Source: the human T2T-CHM13v2.0 reference genome, Homo sapiens. Taken from it: a DNA stretch of 64,000 nt. The notes below the pieces were generated by a model. It saw only the letters and a list, made by a program, of their open reading frames with translations, did no database searches and was not told where the DNA came from. A program made the position numbers and the translations under genes. The DNA is taken from the NCBI RefSeq assembly GCF_009914755.1, contig NC_060929.1; one strand, given 5' to 3'. This document shows positions 16,280 to 30,544 of the stretch, piece by piece (the stretch's first letter is position 1; every line of letters starts with the position of its first letter).

Positions 16280-16545
16280 AGGTGCAGCTGGACTGTAAAC
16301 CCCATGAATTAAGATAATTAGCTGCTGTTTTATGTATTTCTAGTACCTAAAACTAGAATGTAAATTCTATGAGAACAAATTTTGCGTCTGTATTTAGTGT
16401 GCAAATATTTGTAGTGCCTAGAAAAGTGCCTGGCATATAGAATGTGCTCCATAAATAAATGGATGGGCAGATGGATGGATATATGTATGAGTGTTTAGCA
16501 TGGAATCTTACCCACAATAAGTATTCAGTGATGTTTACTGAATGC
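16280..16545 (+). mobile_element. L2 3'-end fragments
   Basis: Two successive L2 3' motifs ('gactgtaaaccccatga', 'gtgcctggcatatag aatgtgctccataaataaatggatgg'). Confidence 0.6.
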
Positions 16546-17117
16546 ATAAGTAAAAAAACATATGGAGTAACAAAGGTGGGAGTAAAGTAGGAAGGCATAT
16601 ATTTTGGTAGTATTTGAGTCTGCTTCTTAGTCTGGGTAACATACCTTAGGGGGATACAGTGGTGTGGCAAGGAGTAGGCAAACTCACAGAATTAAAATAT
16701 GCATCTTGGTGCATCAATTTTCCACAATGGTAAAATAAGATACTATTTTTTAATGTGGAAGCCAATAGATAAGAGTTTAGAATATATTGCATATTTGACA
16801 TAATTTTTTAAAGTAAATTACATGTAGAGGGTTATCCTAACCATCTCCTCAAATCCTCTCCTTCGTTCTTAGATACACATTGGAAGAAATATTTGAGAAA
16901 ACAGATACTGAAGTTTTTATCTTATGTTGGGACTTCTGCAATGTAAAGTAGGTTCTGTCTCCAGTTTTGTGCCAAGGAGAGAATGGTGTCCCTACAGTGA
17001 CGTAGGGGCTATGGGTGCCCTCCACACAAATATTTCCCTTTATGGAACAGGCAGCATATGCCAGTAATAACTTACTTTGGCACATTAGGCTGTCTTTGTC
17101 TATGCGATAAATTCCAC

Positions 17118-17450
17118 AAATATTTATTGAGTACCTACTAGATGAAAGGCACTAACCTGGATGCTAAGATGAAAATAGTAATCAGAATACTTCCTGTGCC
17201 CTCAAGGAATTAAAGAGTAGTAGAGGAAGACTTTTATAAACAGTCAGTTGCCTATATGGAACAGTGTGGAATTAGCAGTAGACTTAGGCATGGGGTACAG
17301 TGGGAACATAGATGGAGGAGACCTGATTGGTCAGGGATTAGTGGTGAAGGAGGGAGAGAGGATGTTCCAGGCAGAGAGAACAGCATGTGCAAAGGCCTGT
17401 AGGTAAGAAGAAGCAGTGTGTTTGGGGAACACCAAGTAGTTTAATGGTAA
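17118..17450 (-). mobile_element. L2 LINE fragment
   Basis: 'aaatatttattgagtacctacta...ttccaggcagagagaacagcatgtgcaaaggcct'. Confidence 0.7.
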
Positions 17451-17467
17451 ACTGTATATAAATATTG

Positions 17468-18592
17468 GGTCAAAAGCTTCTGCACAGCAAAGGAAAGATC
17501 AACAAAGTGAAGAGATATCCTACAGAATGGGAGAAAATATTTGCAAACTCTTCAATTGACAAGTGATTAATAATCAGAATATATAAGGAACTCAAGCCAA
17601 TACCAAAAAAACCCCCAAATAATCCAATTTAAAAAATGGGTAAAAGATCTGAATAGACATTTTTAAAAAGAAGACATACAAATGGCTAAAAGATATATGA
17701 AAAAATTGCCCAACATCACTAATCCTCAGGGAAATACAAATCAAAACCACAATGAAATATCGTCTCACTCCAGTTAAAATGGCTATTATCAAAAAGATAG
17801 AAAATAGCAAATGCTGGCAAGGATGTAGAGAAAGGGGAATGTTCATACACTGTTGGTGGGAATGTAAGTTAGCACAGCCACTATGGAGAACAATATTGAG
17901 GCTCCTAAAAAAACTAAAAATAGAAATGCCATATGATCCAGCAATTCTATTGCTGGGTATATATCCAAAAGAAAGGAAATCAGCATGTGAAAGAGATATC
18001 TGCACTCCTATGTTTATTGCAGCACTATTCACAATAGTCAAGATAGAAAATCAACCTAAGTGTCCATAAAGAGAATGGATAAAGAATATGTGGTATGTAT
18101 ACACAATAGAATATTATTCAGCCATTAAAGAGATAAAATCTGTCATTTGCAATAACATGGATGGAACTGGAGGACATCATGTTAACTGAAATAAGCCAAG
18201 CACAGAAAGACAAATGTTGCATGTTCTCACTCATACGAGGAAGCTAAAAAAATTGATCTCATGGAGGAAGTGAATATAGTGGTGGTTACTAGAGGCTGGG
18301 AAGGATAGTGAGGAGGGCAGATAAAGAGGGGCTGGTTAATGGGTATAAAAATAGATAGATGGAGTAAGATCTAATGTTTGTTAGAACAATAGGGTGACTT
18401 AAGAAATAATTTATTGGATAGTTCAAAATAACTGGAAGAGTAGATTTGGAATGTTCCCAACATAAAGAAATGATAAAGGTTTAAGATGATGGCTATACCA
18501 GTTACTCAGACTGACCATTACACATTGTATGTTTGTATCAAAATATCACAGGCACCCCATAAATATGTACAACTATTATATATCCATAAAAC
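17468..18592 (+). mobile_element. L1 (L1MA-like) 3' portion: ORF2 C-terminus plus 3' UTR, 5'-truncated
   Basis: ORF 17752-18069 reads as L1 ORF2 C-term (HCWWECKL.QPLW, PYDPAI.LLGIYP, CTPMFIAALFTI); L1MA-type 3' UTR follows. Confidence 0.92.
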
Positions 18593-18939
18593 TTTTACAA
18601 AAGGAAATAACAAAGGAGAAAAGTTATAGATTTAATTATCTAACATTATATTCCACATTGCCAAGTCATCATGAACAAAATTTAAACACAAATAACAATC
18701 TGGAAAGAAAAAAAAAATTGGAGTATTTCAGCAACTTTCATGACAGCAGAGGTTATCTGTTTATTCATTGTGATATAACTAACATTTAACCCAGTGCATA
18801 GCCCACATTGATGGCTGAATGAATGAAAAAGATCAATATCCCAAAAGATGTTAAGTAGCTAATATAAATTGATAAGAAAATCTCCATAAAACCCGAATAG
18901 ACAAATAGTCAAGAAAATGTGAAAAAGCATTCCACCTTA

Positions 18940-19560
18940 GTGTCATCCTTGGCTCTTCTCTTTTTCTTACACAGCATATCAAATCCTTTAGCAAATCTTG
19001 TTGGCTCTACCTTCAAAATAAATCCAAATCTGACTGTTCTTCCGCACACTACTGTTGCCTTTTACAAGTCATCATTATATTTTGTCTGGGCTACTACAGT
19101 AACCTCCTAACTGCTCTTTCTGCTTTCCCTCTTGCCCTTTTACAATATCAAGGTAACATTTTAAAATGTAAATCAGAATGTATCACTTTTTTGTTCAGAA
19201 TCTTCCAAACTCTCCCCATCACACTCAGAATAAAATCCCAAGTCCTTTCCATGCATTATGAGATGCTACATGATCCTGCGTCTTGGCTAGCTCTCTGGTC
19301 TTACTTCCACTGTCATTCCTCTTCATTTCACCTGACCAACCACACTGGTCTTGTCATTCTTTGAACATTCCAAGCCCCCTTCTGCCCTAGGGTTTTAGGA
19401 TCTTTGCAGCTGGTGTTCTCAAGGTGGAAATACTCTTTTCCCAAAGAAGTGCATGGCTTGCTCCTCTCTTGGTCAGGGGTCTGCTCAACTGTTACCTCTG
19501 CAATTAGGCCTTCCCTTACCAATTTACCTAAAATAGCCTCTCCCCCATCATTCTCTATAT
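18940..19560 (+). mobile_element. L2 LINE fragment
   Basis: 'ggctctaccttcaaaataaatccaaatctgac', 'cacactcagaataaaatcccaagtcct' L2 motifs. Confidence 0.7.
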
Positions 19561-19799
19561 ATTAAAATTTTTTTTCTCTCTCCTCCATTTGACTCTCTTT
19601 ACCTTACTATGTACAAAACAGATAAAAAAAGAAAAAAAAACCTCCCCAGAAAATTTCTAAACACAGGCTTACCCTCAGGTCATGGAATTGGAACTCCTCC
19701 TAGGTACCAGGCAGAAGCATATATAAACTTCTTTGGTGGGATGCACTTTTAATGTTAAGCCTCAAAGAATTACCATATTTGTAGTCCTACTAAAAGGTC

Positions 19800-21790
19800 A
19801 CAATAAAAAAAATACAGAATTCATAACGAGCCATTATGAATGAGGGCCAGCAGACCACAGACTAGTAGCAGACCCACAAATCCAGATACTGAAATTATTC
19901 AGTGCAAAAATATAAATATATTGAACATATTTTTAAAAATGGATAAAAATATTGAAAGTATGACATAGGAAGACGACTATGGAAAATGATCAGCAAATTT
20001 AAGAAATAATCAGATCTTTTAGAAAAGTATATAATGTCTATTCTAAAAAGCACATAAATACAGTTAAAGAGAGCATTAATGTATGAGAAGAATCTGAAGA
20101 ATTGTATATATTGTAGCAAAAAACAAGAAAGAAATAGTAAATATGATAACAGGTTAAGAAAGACAAAGGATAGAGGAGGACTAACATGTCTAATAAGAGT
20201 TCCAGGAGGAGAGGCTAGAGAGAATGAAGGAGAGGCAATATTCAAAGAGCTGATGCTGAGAATTTTCCAGAATTGTTGAAAAGGCACTGATATTTAGGTT
20301 CAGGAAGCTCATTGAATCCCCCAGTGAAAAATGAAAAGAAATCCACACCTATGCACATTACAATGAAATAGTAGAGAGAAAGAGAAGATCTTAAAGCGAA
20401 TGACAATTAGACTGATAGTCGACTTCTACCCAGAATAAATGGAAGCCAGAAGAAAATGGGATAATATAATCCAAGTGCTAAAAAAAATCATTGTAACCTA
20501 GAATTTTATACCTACAAAAACCTATTTTTCAAAAATGAGGGCAATATAAAGCATTCACAGGATTGGACAATTTACTACCTACAGATCTTCACCAAGAGGT
20601 GTTCAGAAGGACATATTTCAGTGACAAAGAATATTATCCCAGAATGAATGCTGACACATAGGGAAAAATGGTAAGCAAAAAGAATAGTAAAATGTGGGTA
20701 AATTTTAACAAACATTGAGCTATAAAGTACTAATAATACCTACTTTCTGGGGTTAAAAAATAGATACAGCGGAAATACTAGACAACAGTAGTACATAAAT
20801 CAGTAAAGGGTGATCAGAGTATTAAGATACTTGAATTGTTTGGGAAAAAGATAAAGATACAGAATAATTGTACATTTTATTAAGTGAAATAGCTATTTTA
20901 AAATTTAAGAATAACCACTAAATGTTTAGGAATGTATTAATAGTATGTAATTTTTCAAGCTAATAAAAAGAGAAAAAGCAGTGAGAAAAAATTTTTAATC
21001 CTACGCTTAGTCAATCCAAAAGAAGGAAACAGAAGAGGAAAAAAGAAAAGGAAAGGAAGAAACATTAAAAATAGAATGAGTAAAATGTCTACAATAAGAT
21101 GGAAAAAAAGTGAAATCAAATTATATCAGTAATCACAAAGCCTGTATGTGAACTAAACACCCCACTTATGAGACAGATTGTAAAGGTGGATATTTAAAAA
21201 TCCGTCTATGTTCTTTTTATAGAAAATATCTTAAATATAAGGATGCAGAAAGCAAGAAGTCAAACAATTTTTTTAAATGAATAATATAAATAGAAAGCTG
21301 ATGTGGCTATATTAATATCAGGTAAGAATCCTTTTTTGGCAGAAAGCATATTAGTGATAAACACCATCACTTCATATTAAAGTTTCAGTTCTCTAAGAAG
21401 ATATACTTCTATGCATTTAAATATCACAGCTTCCGGATATATAAAGCAAAAACTGACAAACTGCAATTGACAAACAATAATGGACAAATCAACTGTTATA
21501 GGGGAGATTTAAATTTCTCTTAGAAATTAATAAGTCAAGCAAACCAGGATATACATATGGACAACACAAATAACTAGCTTAATCTAATGAAACATGTAGA
21601 ACAGTGTAGCCAACACTGAAGATTACATATACTTTATGTATAACCTTTTAAGTACTTATGGAAATATAAAAAATTAAGAAAAACAAAATAAGCCCAAACA
21701 AAAATATATGGAAGCAAATAATAAAGGTAAATGCAGAAATTAGTAAAACAGAGGACAAAGATACCTAAAGAGGATCAACAAAAGACACAT
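19800..21790 (+). mobile_element. Old L1M (ORF1 to endonuclease region), degraded
   Basis: ORF1-like translation (LIRVPGGEARENEGEAIFKELMLRIF), 'aattagactgatagtcgacttc', 'aacctagaattttatacc', A-rich L1 composition. Confidence 0.75.
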
Positions 21791-23859
21791 ATGGTAGGGA
21801 CTATCACATAGTAGGGCCAACAATTAAATATCTGTTCAGTGAATAACAAGCAACTGAAAGTATAAATGTGTGTATAAAAAGGTCTGAAAGGAAATTCACC
21901 AGTGATTAAATCTGAGTTGGGCTGTTTGGGATTAGCTCGCTTTTATTCTTTATTCTTGGTATTGTCTGAACTCCCTGTGTGTATTGCTCTTATAATTTTA
22001 TGAAAACACATGATTTTAAAATCAATAAATAGATTTTTGAAGGAGTAGACTAGAGGTTGGAAGTCAGGAACTATCTTAGACACCAGTTCTGGTCAGAGGG
22101 CATGAGGAGGTGCAGTGTAAGTGTGTGGTCTTAGGAGATATGGAGGTGCTCTGCCCCTCACTACATGGATGACCTTAAGCATAATCTCTCTAAGCCTGTT
22201 CTTTTAAGTGGCAATAATAAAGCCTGTCTCAAAGAGTTACTGTGGTAGGTGGCCATGTAAAGCGCTTAATACGGTGCCTGATACTGCAGATGCTGGGTAG
22301 TCATTTTCCTTCCCCTGCTTGAGGGGTTAGCATGAGGGAGATACCTGTCTCCATTTCTAAGGAATGTGCCCAGCGTGGAAGGCAAATTTGATCAGTCTGG
22401 AATATGAAACTGGATGAAAGCTTAATATGTGAAATTACATTTGTGCCCTCCCAAAGAACCAAGAAAATTAAGAAATGAACCAAGTAACTCATCATATTTA
22501 TTACATGTAAGAATGAAGGTGCAGTATTATCATTTCCTTGTGATAGTCATATCTAATAGTTCTAAAACCAATTCACAGTATTCTTGTCAGACTTATTTTA
22601 TGAGACATTTAACCATTGCTAAATTAAATTTCATGAGGAAATATGCCTATATAACTTCTCTGGAGTTACAGAGATAGAAATCTGACCCATCATTTCTATT
22701 TTCATGGAAAACCATTTAGCAGAACTTTGTTCCAGTAGAAGTGTTTATTAAGTTGTAAGCCTAACACAGTTCATTGCCTGTGTGCATTTCCACACGGACA
22801 TTTTTCTCAGTGCAGATTTGCTCAGTTCATTACTACTGACAGCAGATGGTAGCACTTTCACATGAATTTACCTCCTGAATCGATCTAAGAAATGTCACTA
22901 AAAGGATCCCAATAGTTTTGATGTTCTTCCATCTCTGAAAAGGGTACGTTAAACAAATAAGGAGTAGAGTTTAGATTTTTTAAAAAACTCTAACACATAA
23001 TTCCTAAACCAACTAATGACTGCTTTCATCTTTGATTCTGGCTGTCTGAAGGAAAAACGGTAGAAAATACAGATAATCTTTCTTGATAGCATAAGCCTTA
23101 CAAAATCTCCATTGGAAAATAATGGCTTTTGGAGAATATTATCCACATTGATTGTCTGCACCGTTAACATGCCTCAAATTACTTGTAAATTCTCTACTCT
23201 ACTTTCTGTGAATACAAATTGCTGGGCTTGCAGAATCAGCTGATTGAATGTGACTGAAAAAATAGTATTGGCTCAGGTTACTATGCTAACTTTGAATTCT
23301 GTGATTTCTGTGGCATTAAGATCTCCACAAGATTAACCACATTTTTCACTTACAGACCTATTGCCTTGATTTAGGCTTAAATCAATTTAAAATTATCAGA
23401 AGATTTAATGTTTGATAAATGAGTGAATGATATAATATATGAATTCTAGTCACATAAAGGAAACTTGTTATTTTTCTATATCATATGATCATTATTGCAT
23501 TCTTCATAACTCAAGGGTTTATATTCAGTAGTCCTATATATTTAGAAACAAGGATTTATTTAGAATATTCTAAAAATTAATTTTCCATTTGTGTTTGAAA
23601 AGTAATTAATGATTTGGCTAATTTCGCCACAACTAAAAGAAACTGATACATTTTAGAAAGCATTGAGTGTTGAAGCATGTACAATTTAACCGTGTAAATT
23701 AATTATGGATGCTTCTGACACATTGCTAGAAGAGTGCTCATGATTAACAACATACTTAAAGGATTTGCTTCACAACAAGAAAAAGCTTTTGGGTTTCACA
23801 TGCTCTCAAAAACATGCTTACTAATATTCTAACAACAGAGGCACAACTTAATACTGACC

Positions 23860-24158
23860 TTTTTTTTTTTTTTTTTTGAAACAGAGTCTTACTCTGTTGC
23901 CCAGGCTGAGTGCAGTGGCACAATCTCCACTTACTGCTACCTCTGCCTTCTGGGTTCAAGCGATTCTCCTGCCTCAGCCTCCCAAGTATCTGGGACTACA
24001 GGCGCCTGCCACCACACCCAGCTAATTTTTGTACTTTTAGTAGAGACAGGTTTTTGCCATGTTAGCCAGGCTGGTCTTGAACTCCTGGCCTCAAGTGATC
24101 TGCCTACCTCAGCCTCCCAAAGTGCTGGGATTACAGGTGTGAGCCACCATGCTCGGCC
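23860..24158 (-). mobile_element. Alu (S family)
   Basis: Dimeric Alu on -, poly-T at 23859. Confidence 0.95.
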
Positions 24159-24192
24159 AATCTGACTTAATTCTGCTAAAAGATAGCAACTT

Positions 24193-24340
24193 TGGGCCAG
24201 GTACGGGGGCTTATGCCTATAATCCCAGCACTTTGGGAGATTAAGGTGGAAGGATCGATGAGTTCAGAGTTCAAGACTAGTCTGGCAACATAGTGAGACT
24301 TTATCTCTTAAAAAAAAAAAAAGAAAAAAAGAAAAAAAAT
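24193..24340 (+). mobile_element. FLAM / Alu left monomer
   Basis: Single Alu monomer followed by A tail. Confidence 0.85.
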
Positions 24341-24369
24341 TATTTAAAAAATAAAATACAGCAACTTTG

Positions 24370-26490
24370 TTCAATATGCTTTCATTTCTTTCCCCTTCCT
24401 TTGTACCATTATTGTCATGTATGTTACATTTATGTTATAAACTCAACACTAGAGTGTTCATGATTTTTGCTTATATAATCTTATGTCTTTTTTAAAAAAT
24501 TAAGAAAAGAGAAAGTACTTAGTCTTTTTTATTCACCATTTATGACACTTTTCATTTTTCCCTGTAGATTTGAGTTACACTCTGGTATTATTTCCTGAAG
24601 GACTTTTTTTAGTATATCTTATAAGGCAAATCTGCTAGCAAGGAATTCTCTCAGTCTGTTTCCCTGGGAATATATTTATATTACTTTCATTTCTGAAGAA
24701 TGTAGAATTCTTGGTTGACAGTTAAGGTTTTTTCCCTCATTACTCTGAATATGTCATTCTGCTCCTATCTGGACTGATAAGAAGTCAGCTGTTTTTGAAT
24801 TGTTATTCCTCTTTATGTGATGAGTCCTAAAGGACTCTCTTGCTGTTTTTAAGATTTTCTCCTTGTCTTTGGCTGTCAGCTATTGGACTATGATGTGTCT
24901 AGGTGTGGGTCTTTTTATATTTCTCCTTAGAGTTTGTTGAGCTTCTGGGATCTGTAGATTAATGTATTTCATCAAAGTTTGAAATTTTTAGCCAATATTT
25001 CTTCAGCTATTTTGCCTGCCCTTTTCTCTCCTTCTCTTTTTCAGATTGCGATTATCTGTATTCTGGTACAGTTGATGTTATCCCACAGATGTCTAAGGCT
25101 CATTTTTCTTCAATTTTTTTTCTCTTTTCTTCACATTGAATACTTTCTATTAATATACTTTCAAATCCACTAATTCTTTCTACTGCTGTCTCATATTTAC
25201 TATTGAGTCCATCTAGTGAATTTTTTATTTCTGGTATTGTACTTTTCAACTCTAGAATTTCTATTTAGTTCTTTTTATAGTTTGTATTCCTCTCTTGAGA
25301 TTAGCTATTTGCAGAGCCATTGTCATAATTTTTCTGTTTTAATTCTAGTTTTCTTTAATTCACTGAACATATTTATAATAGCTGCTTTGAATTATTTGTA
25401 AATCCAACATGTGAGTCTACACTCAGAGTCAGTTTTTAATAATGAATTTTCCCCCTGGTATGAACCACACTTTTTGGTTTCTTTGCATGTCACATAAATT
25501 CCTTTGAAAACTAGACATTTTAGATAATATATTGCAGCAATTCTGGATTCCAATATTTTTTCCTGAGGGTTGTCTTTTTCTTGTTGTTGCTGTTGTTTTT
25601 GTTTGGTTTAGTAATTTTCCTAGGCTTTATCTGCAGATTTTTTTTCCCTGTAAGTGTGGCCACTGATGTCTTTGCTACTGGTTTTTTAATTCTTATTTTT
25701 ATTTTTTAGACTGCCTTCCTCAGGGTTATCCAGCTATGTCTGTAAAGCTTGCAGGTTGGCCAATGATTGGACAGAAATTATGCTCAAATACCTCAAGCCT
25801 ATAATGCTTTTTTCTTTTGCCAATGGATGTGTACGTGGATTGGGAACACGCTAAAAACTCAAGTAGTATTCATATTGGCCTTAGCTCTTACTTCCTATCA
25901 GGCCTTCTTGTGACTCCACTGAACATCCCCTTCCCATCAGCTAGTGATGCCTGGAGAACTTATCTACCCCTTCTGTGGCTGTCTTATTTCCAGAATGTCC
26001 CCATTAAATTACTGGTAGTTTGCTGCTTGCCTCAACTGGGACTGCAACCTCTGGCTAGCAGAGCTGCAGCTTTTTTCTTTTCATTTAGTACCTATTTTGC
26101 TATTTTTATTGACAGTGCTGCTGAGCAATAGTTTTAGCTATCTGTTGGAAATCAGGCCAGCCCCTCTGGCTACACAGTTATTGGCTCTTATGGCCAGATT
26201 GCTCTGGTAAAACTTCTGTTGATGGAGTGTCTGGGGACATTGGGGAAGAGGAGGAGGGGATATGGAAGTACTTCCAGGCAAGAAGGCTTCAGATTCCCTC
26301 TGTTTCTAACTTGAAGTTTAGCAGATTATCATGAACTAAACACGTCTCAGATTTTATATTTGCCCTTGGTTGATTTCCAGGACCCAAAAATGGTTAGTTT
26401 TTGACAATTTTGTTCATTTTTATATTTAATTTCTGGGGAGAGGATTTGCTGACCTCTTTATTCTATCACAGCTGGAAGTCCACTTCTGTT
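24370..26490 (-). mobile_element. Old L1M (ORF1 and 5' region), degraded
   Basis: T-rich with L1 antisense motifs ('gaagtcagctgtt', 'ttttaagattttctccttgtcttt', 'tcagctattggactatgatgtgtctaggtgtg'). Confidence 0.75.
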
Positions 26491-27289
26491 GTTATTAATT
26501 TATAAAATTCTTCTAAAAGATTACATATCTTATAATTCCTATTTTAAGCTGATCAGCATATTATAGGCTTGATTCTTTTGAACCAAAAGCATTTTGCCAA
26601 AACAATATAATTTTTATTTTAAAATCCAATTTATTAATAAATTTAAACTTTTAATTTTTAAAGACCATCATTCATTTTAATATATTCTATTTAATTATAT
26701 AAATATAAGGTCTCAGTATAGTAAAGGATAAAGAATTTTTTAAAGATGGCCAAACCTGCATTAAAGAAATGCTTAAGCTATTCTAAAAGCTCTTCAAAGG
26801 CATGAAAGTCTCAATTATTTTAAAAAGTGTTTTAAATGACATTGCCATGCATTTTATTCTATTAGAACATAACCTTAAATGCTAATATGACTGTTTTATG
26901 TTCTTTGAGGAAAAATGAATATTAAAATGTTGTAGATTACTGAAGTGTTTTTGAAGTACCTAAACTTTTATTTTAATTTAAATTCATTTAAATTATTTTT
27001 CATTAATTTGGTTTTAAACCTGAATACAAATATAGTGATAGTTCTAGTTGCCATATAGACCTAGACCTTTTACTAATTCAGACCTTTCTTCCTTTCACTT
27101 ATAAACAGTTGTCAAATATTCCTAAACACTTAGATACTGGTCAGTGATGCTTTTAATATGCTACTTAATTTACAGGAACGTCCTATTTTTAGATTGAAAT
27201 TTGGCTTTATTATAGGGTACCATAAGACTACTTTCTGAATGTCTGGCTGTTATTCTTTTCTGTTTAGATATTAATGGGTTAAATACTAA

Positions 27290-27530
27290 TAGCCAACTAA
27301 GTGTCTGCTATGTGTCAGGTACTGTTCTATGTACTTCTGTGGTATTATCTCATTGAAGGGTCACAGTCAATCTCTGAGACAGATACTATCATTAGCCACA
27401 GTTACCAGATGAGGAAACAGAGACGTAAAATGGTTAAGTGACTTTCCCAATAGCTCACAGCTACCAAGTGGTAGAGCAGGACTTGATCTCAAACAGTCTT
27501 AACCATAGAGCTCATGCATGTGCTTACCCA
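27290..27530 (-). mobile_element. MIR SINE
   Basis: 'cagatgaggaaacagagac...ggttaagtgactttcccaatagctcacagcta'. Confidence 0.75.
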
Positions 27531-28108
27531 CTTGCTATGTGGAATGAAAAAAAGATGACTTATAGAAGTAAAGTCCATGTCTTTACAAAGCAGCATCAAA
27601 TGAGCAGAGCTGCAGTGTGCCATGGTCCTAAGACTCCTCTAAGAAAATGGTCCCCTGAACTGTAAGTGCCTATCCACCTCTTAGATAAGAAAGAGATGCC
27701 AAAGGGAAAGTGAGTCTTGGAGAGAGTGGAGGCTGCGTGATTGAACTGATCCTCCCTATTAGGAGTGTTTCCGTCTAGTGGAAATTTGTAACTGTAGGTT
27801 TCATTTCATTAAAGTCAACATGTACTTTACATCAATAAGATTGGATTATACCTCTTTATTCCTTCCATTGGCAACTATGTAAGTCATCCCAAAAGAATTT
27901 AGACTACATTTATCTTTTTTAAATCCCAGCTTTCTAAACAGTCATTGTTTTAGTCCAGGATAATTCTAAATTTTTTTGCATTTTTCCTGCATATTTTCTA
28001 TGCTCATTTCCCCCATAGGGTCATCTGCCCCCACATTCTGTTCCCAAATCTCTGCATGGTTGTTTTTTTCCTTGTCGTTCTGATCTTTGATTAAGTTTCA
28101 CCTTATTT

Positions 28109-28360
28109 TAGTCCATTTAGGCTGTCATAACAAAAATACCATAGACTGGGTGGCTCAAGAACCAACACTTATTTCTCCCAGTTCTGAAGGCTACAGGATC
28201 CAGGATGAGGGCACTGGAAGATCCAGTGTCTGGTGAGGACCCGTTTCCTATTTCATAGATGCCATCTTCTCACTGTATCCCCACATGATAGGAAAAGAGT
28301 GAGAGTTACACCTCTTAGGGTGTAACCCTAAGAGGGATACACACATTCAGTCCATTGTAT
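28109..28360 (-). mobile_element. MaLR (MLT1/MST-type) LTR, internally deleted, inside an L2 fragment
   Basis: 'tagtccatttaggctgtcataacaaaaataccatagactgggtggct...cacacattcagtccattgta'. Confidence 0.7.
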
Positions 28361-29139
28361 TACCTCTTCCTTCAGGCCTTCCCTTTCCAAGTCTAATGTC
28401 ACCACAATCCCTCCAGAATCATGTTACCCTGTTGTGTTTCCTTTGTAGGGCTTATAATTATCTGGATTATCTTATTTATTCGTTCTGTGTGTTTATTGGC
28501 TGTCTCCTGCACTGAAATCTAAGTTCCATGGGATCAGGAACATTGTTTATCTAAGAGATGCAGTGGTCTCTATAACTATAGCTAGAAGTATTCTGGCAGA
28601 CACATAAAAAAGATGATTGATTAATATATGTTGAATTGCTAAATATTAGTTTAAGGCAGGTAAGGGAAACCAGATTCAAGTTGGACAGGAGGACTTGGCA
28701 TAGGCCCAACACATCAGGGCTTTGAGCCCAGGGCCCAGTTAGGGATGGGAATGAAGGTTGGGAAGAGAGCTGTAGAGAGGAAGCTGATGCCTTGCTGGAA
28801 GAATCAGGCGACTGGTCAGAGTCACCTGGAGATGGCACTCAGGGAGAAACAAATGCCAGGTGGTGCTAAAAATGCCAGATACATGCAATAACCTATCACT
28901 AGTGGATAACTCATCCCTCACCACCACCACCCCAAATCTCCATACCCAGTGTCACCAATACAAGAGGAATTGTCCCTTCCAGTTCTTGTGAGTGGATATG
29001 TGCATAAGCATACAGACATGAATGTTTGGAGCTGAGGGGTAGAGGCAGCAAGGACAGCCACATAATTCATCCCATCAACAGCTCTGAGTTCAGCTTCCCC
29101 TTGGGTTGGCTGAGAGAAGAAGCCAAGAGAAGAAACTAG

Positions 29140-29465
29140 GCATCCCCTAGTCTAAATCCAGCCTACAAGCCTGTTTTACTTGTCCCACTCCATGTTTAAA
29201 AATAAATTATGCCAACACTTAAATGTAGGAGGTTTAACATAAACTTCAGCTTTTCTAGGTTAGTTTCACAAATAGGGAGGTCTGGCATGCTGAACCTGCA
29301 TTCCCACATGGGACAGTTGGCTGGAGCAGAGTAGCCAGCATGGCCTTGGATGGGTGCACTCGGCAGTTTCTCACGGGCCCCGTCATCTGCTGGTGTATTT
29401 AGCTGGCATTATCCCCTTAGGTCACCTGCTTTGTCTTCATAGGTATTTGAGTTTGCAGTGTTGGT
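29140..29465 (+). mobile_element. MER102-like hAT DNA transposon
   Basis: 'cctgcattcccacatgggacagttggctggagcagagtagc' characteristic of MER102. Confidence 0.55.
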
Positions 29466-30348
29466 ATAATGGTTAATCCACAATACAAATAATCAATAAA
29501 TGTATCATCAATAATAGTGTTTTTGTTGGTAGAACTTGTGCACAGATTACCCACTACATAGAAACCTCCTAGGGCTCCCCATTGCTTGCCAAATGATGTC
29601 CACGTCCCTAACTTGGGTATGGTCTGACCTATATCTTATATCCAATTACTACCTTATAAAAGAAACAGAGTTACATTTCAGGCTTTTAACTTATAAAAAC
29701 AGCCCTGTAGGCTTGGGAGAGACAGAAGGAGAGAAATGAGGAAAAAGAAAAACAAAAACTCAGAGACGGAAAGAGAGAGAGAGACAAACAGAAGTAGAAC
29801 AATTTAAATAGTGCAGGCCATCTCCTCCCATCCCTGGTTCTACTCGTGGAACATGTGCCCACTGGCACTGGATACATGTAGGCTTGAAACAACATGTTGA
29901 CAAAATTTGTGTAAAGAAATATGCAAATGATTTTGAGTCTCTTACCATTGACAAAGAGGTGAATAAAATGAATTGTTTAGGTTGTCAAACTACTGAGCTT
30001 TGTGAACATCCTTGAAGAAAAACTGAAGAATAATGATAGGCCAAAGAGAAACACTGGCCAACAGAGAGGGAACTGATAAAATGCAACTACAGTTTATATT
30101 GTGTAAACAAAAATGGGTGCCCTGCTATACTCGACCATACTGCTTTATCAATGAATAGTCCTTTCTCACCAACTTCTTCTGATGTTTGGATTATAAATTG
30201 TTTTTAAAAATAGAAAATAAACCTGTATATTAATTCAATAACTTGGAATTTGAGACAAACCTTTATTTTAAAGGAGTAAACCAGATAAATTATTTTAGCC
30301 TTTTCAAAGTAACTCACACTGATCCTGGACCAATTCTGATTCTTACAG

Positions 30349-30446
30349 GAACATCCAATACTTGGGCAACCCTTTTTTGTACTTCATCCCTGCAAGACGA
30401 ATGAATTCATGACTCCTGTATTAAAGAATTCTCAGAAAATCAATAA
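30349..30446 (+). CDS. ATG10: ATG10 E2-like conjugating enzyme, internal coding exon (aa ~152-184) with catalytic Cys
   Basis: ttacag|GAA...AATAA|gtaag, 98 nt; translates EHPILGQPFFVLHPCKTNEFMTPVLKNSQKINK; HPC active-site Cys codon at 30391-30393. Confidence 0.97.
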
Positions 30447-30544
30447 GTAAGAAACACCATCAAGATACATTGGCTTCTACTCTGATTTTAAAAGTGTAAA
30501 TCTTTTTATGTGACTCTAAATGCTAGGCTAAAAAAGAAATATTA

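Noticed and set aside
17592-18069. 149-aa and 105-aa ORFs as host genes
   Set aside because: L1 ORF2 remnant and its antisense frame.
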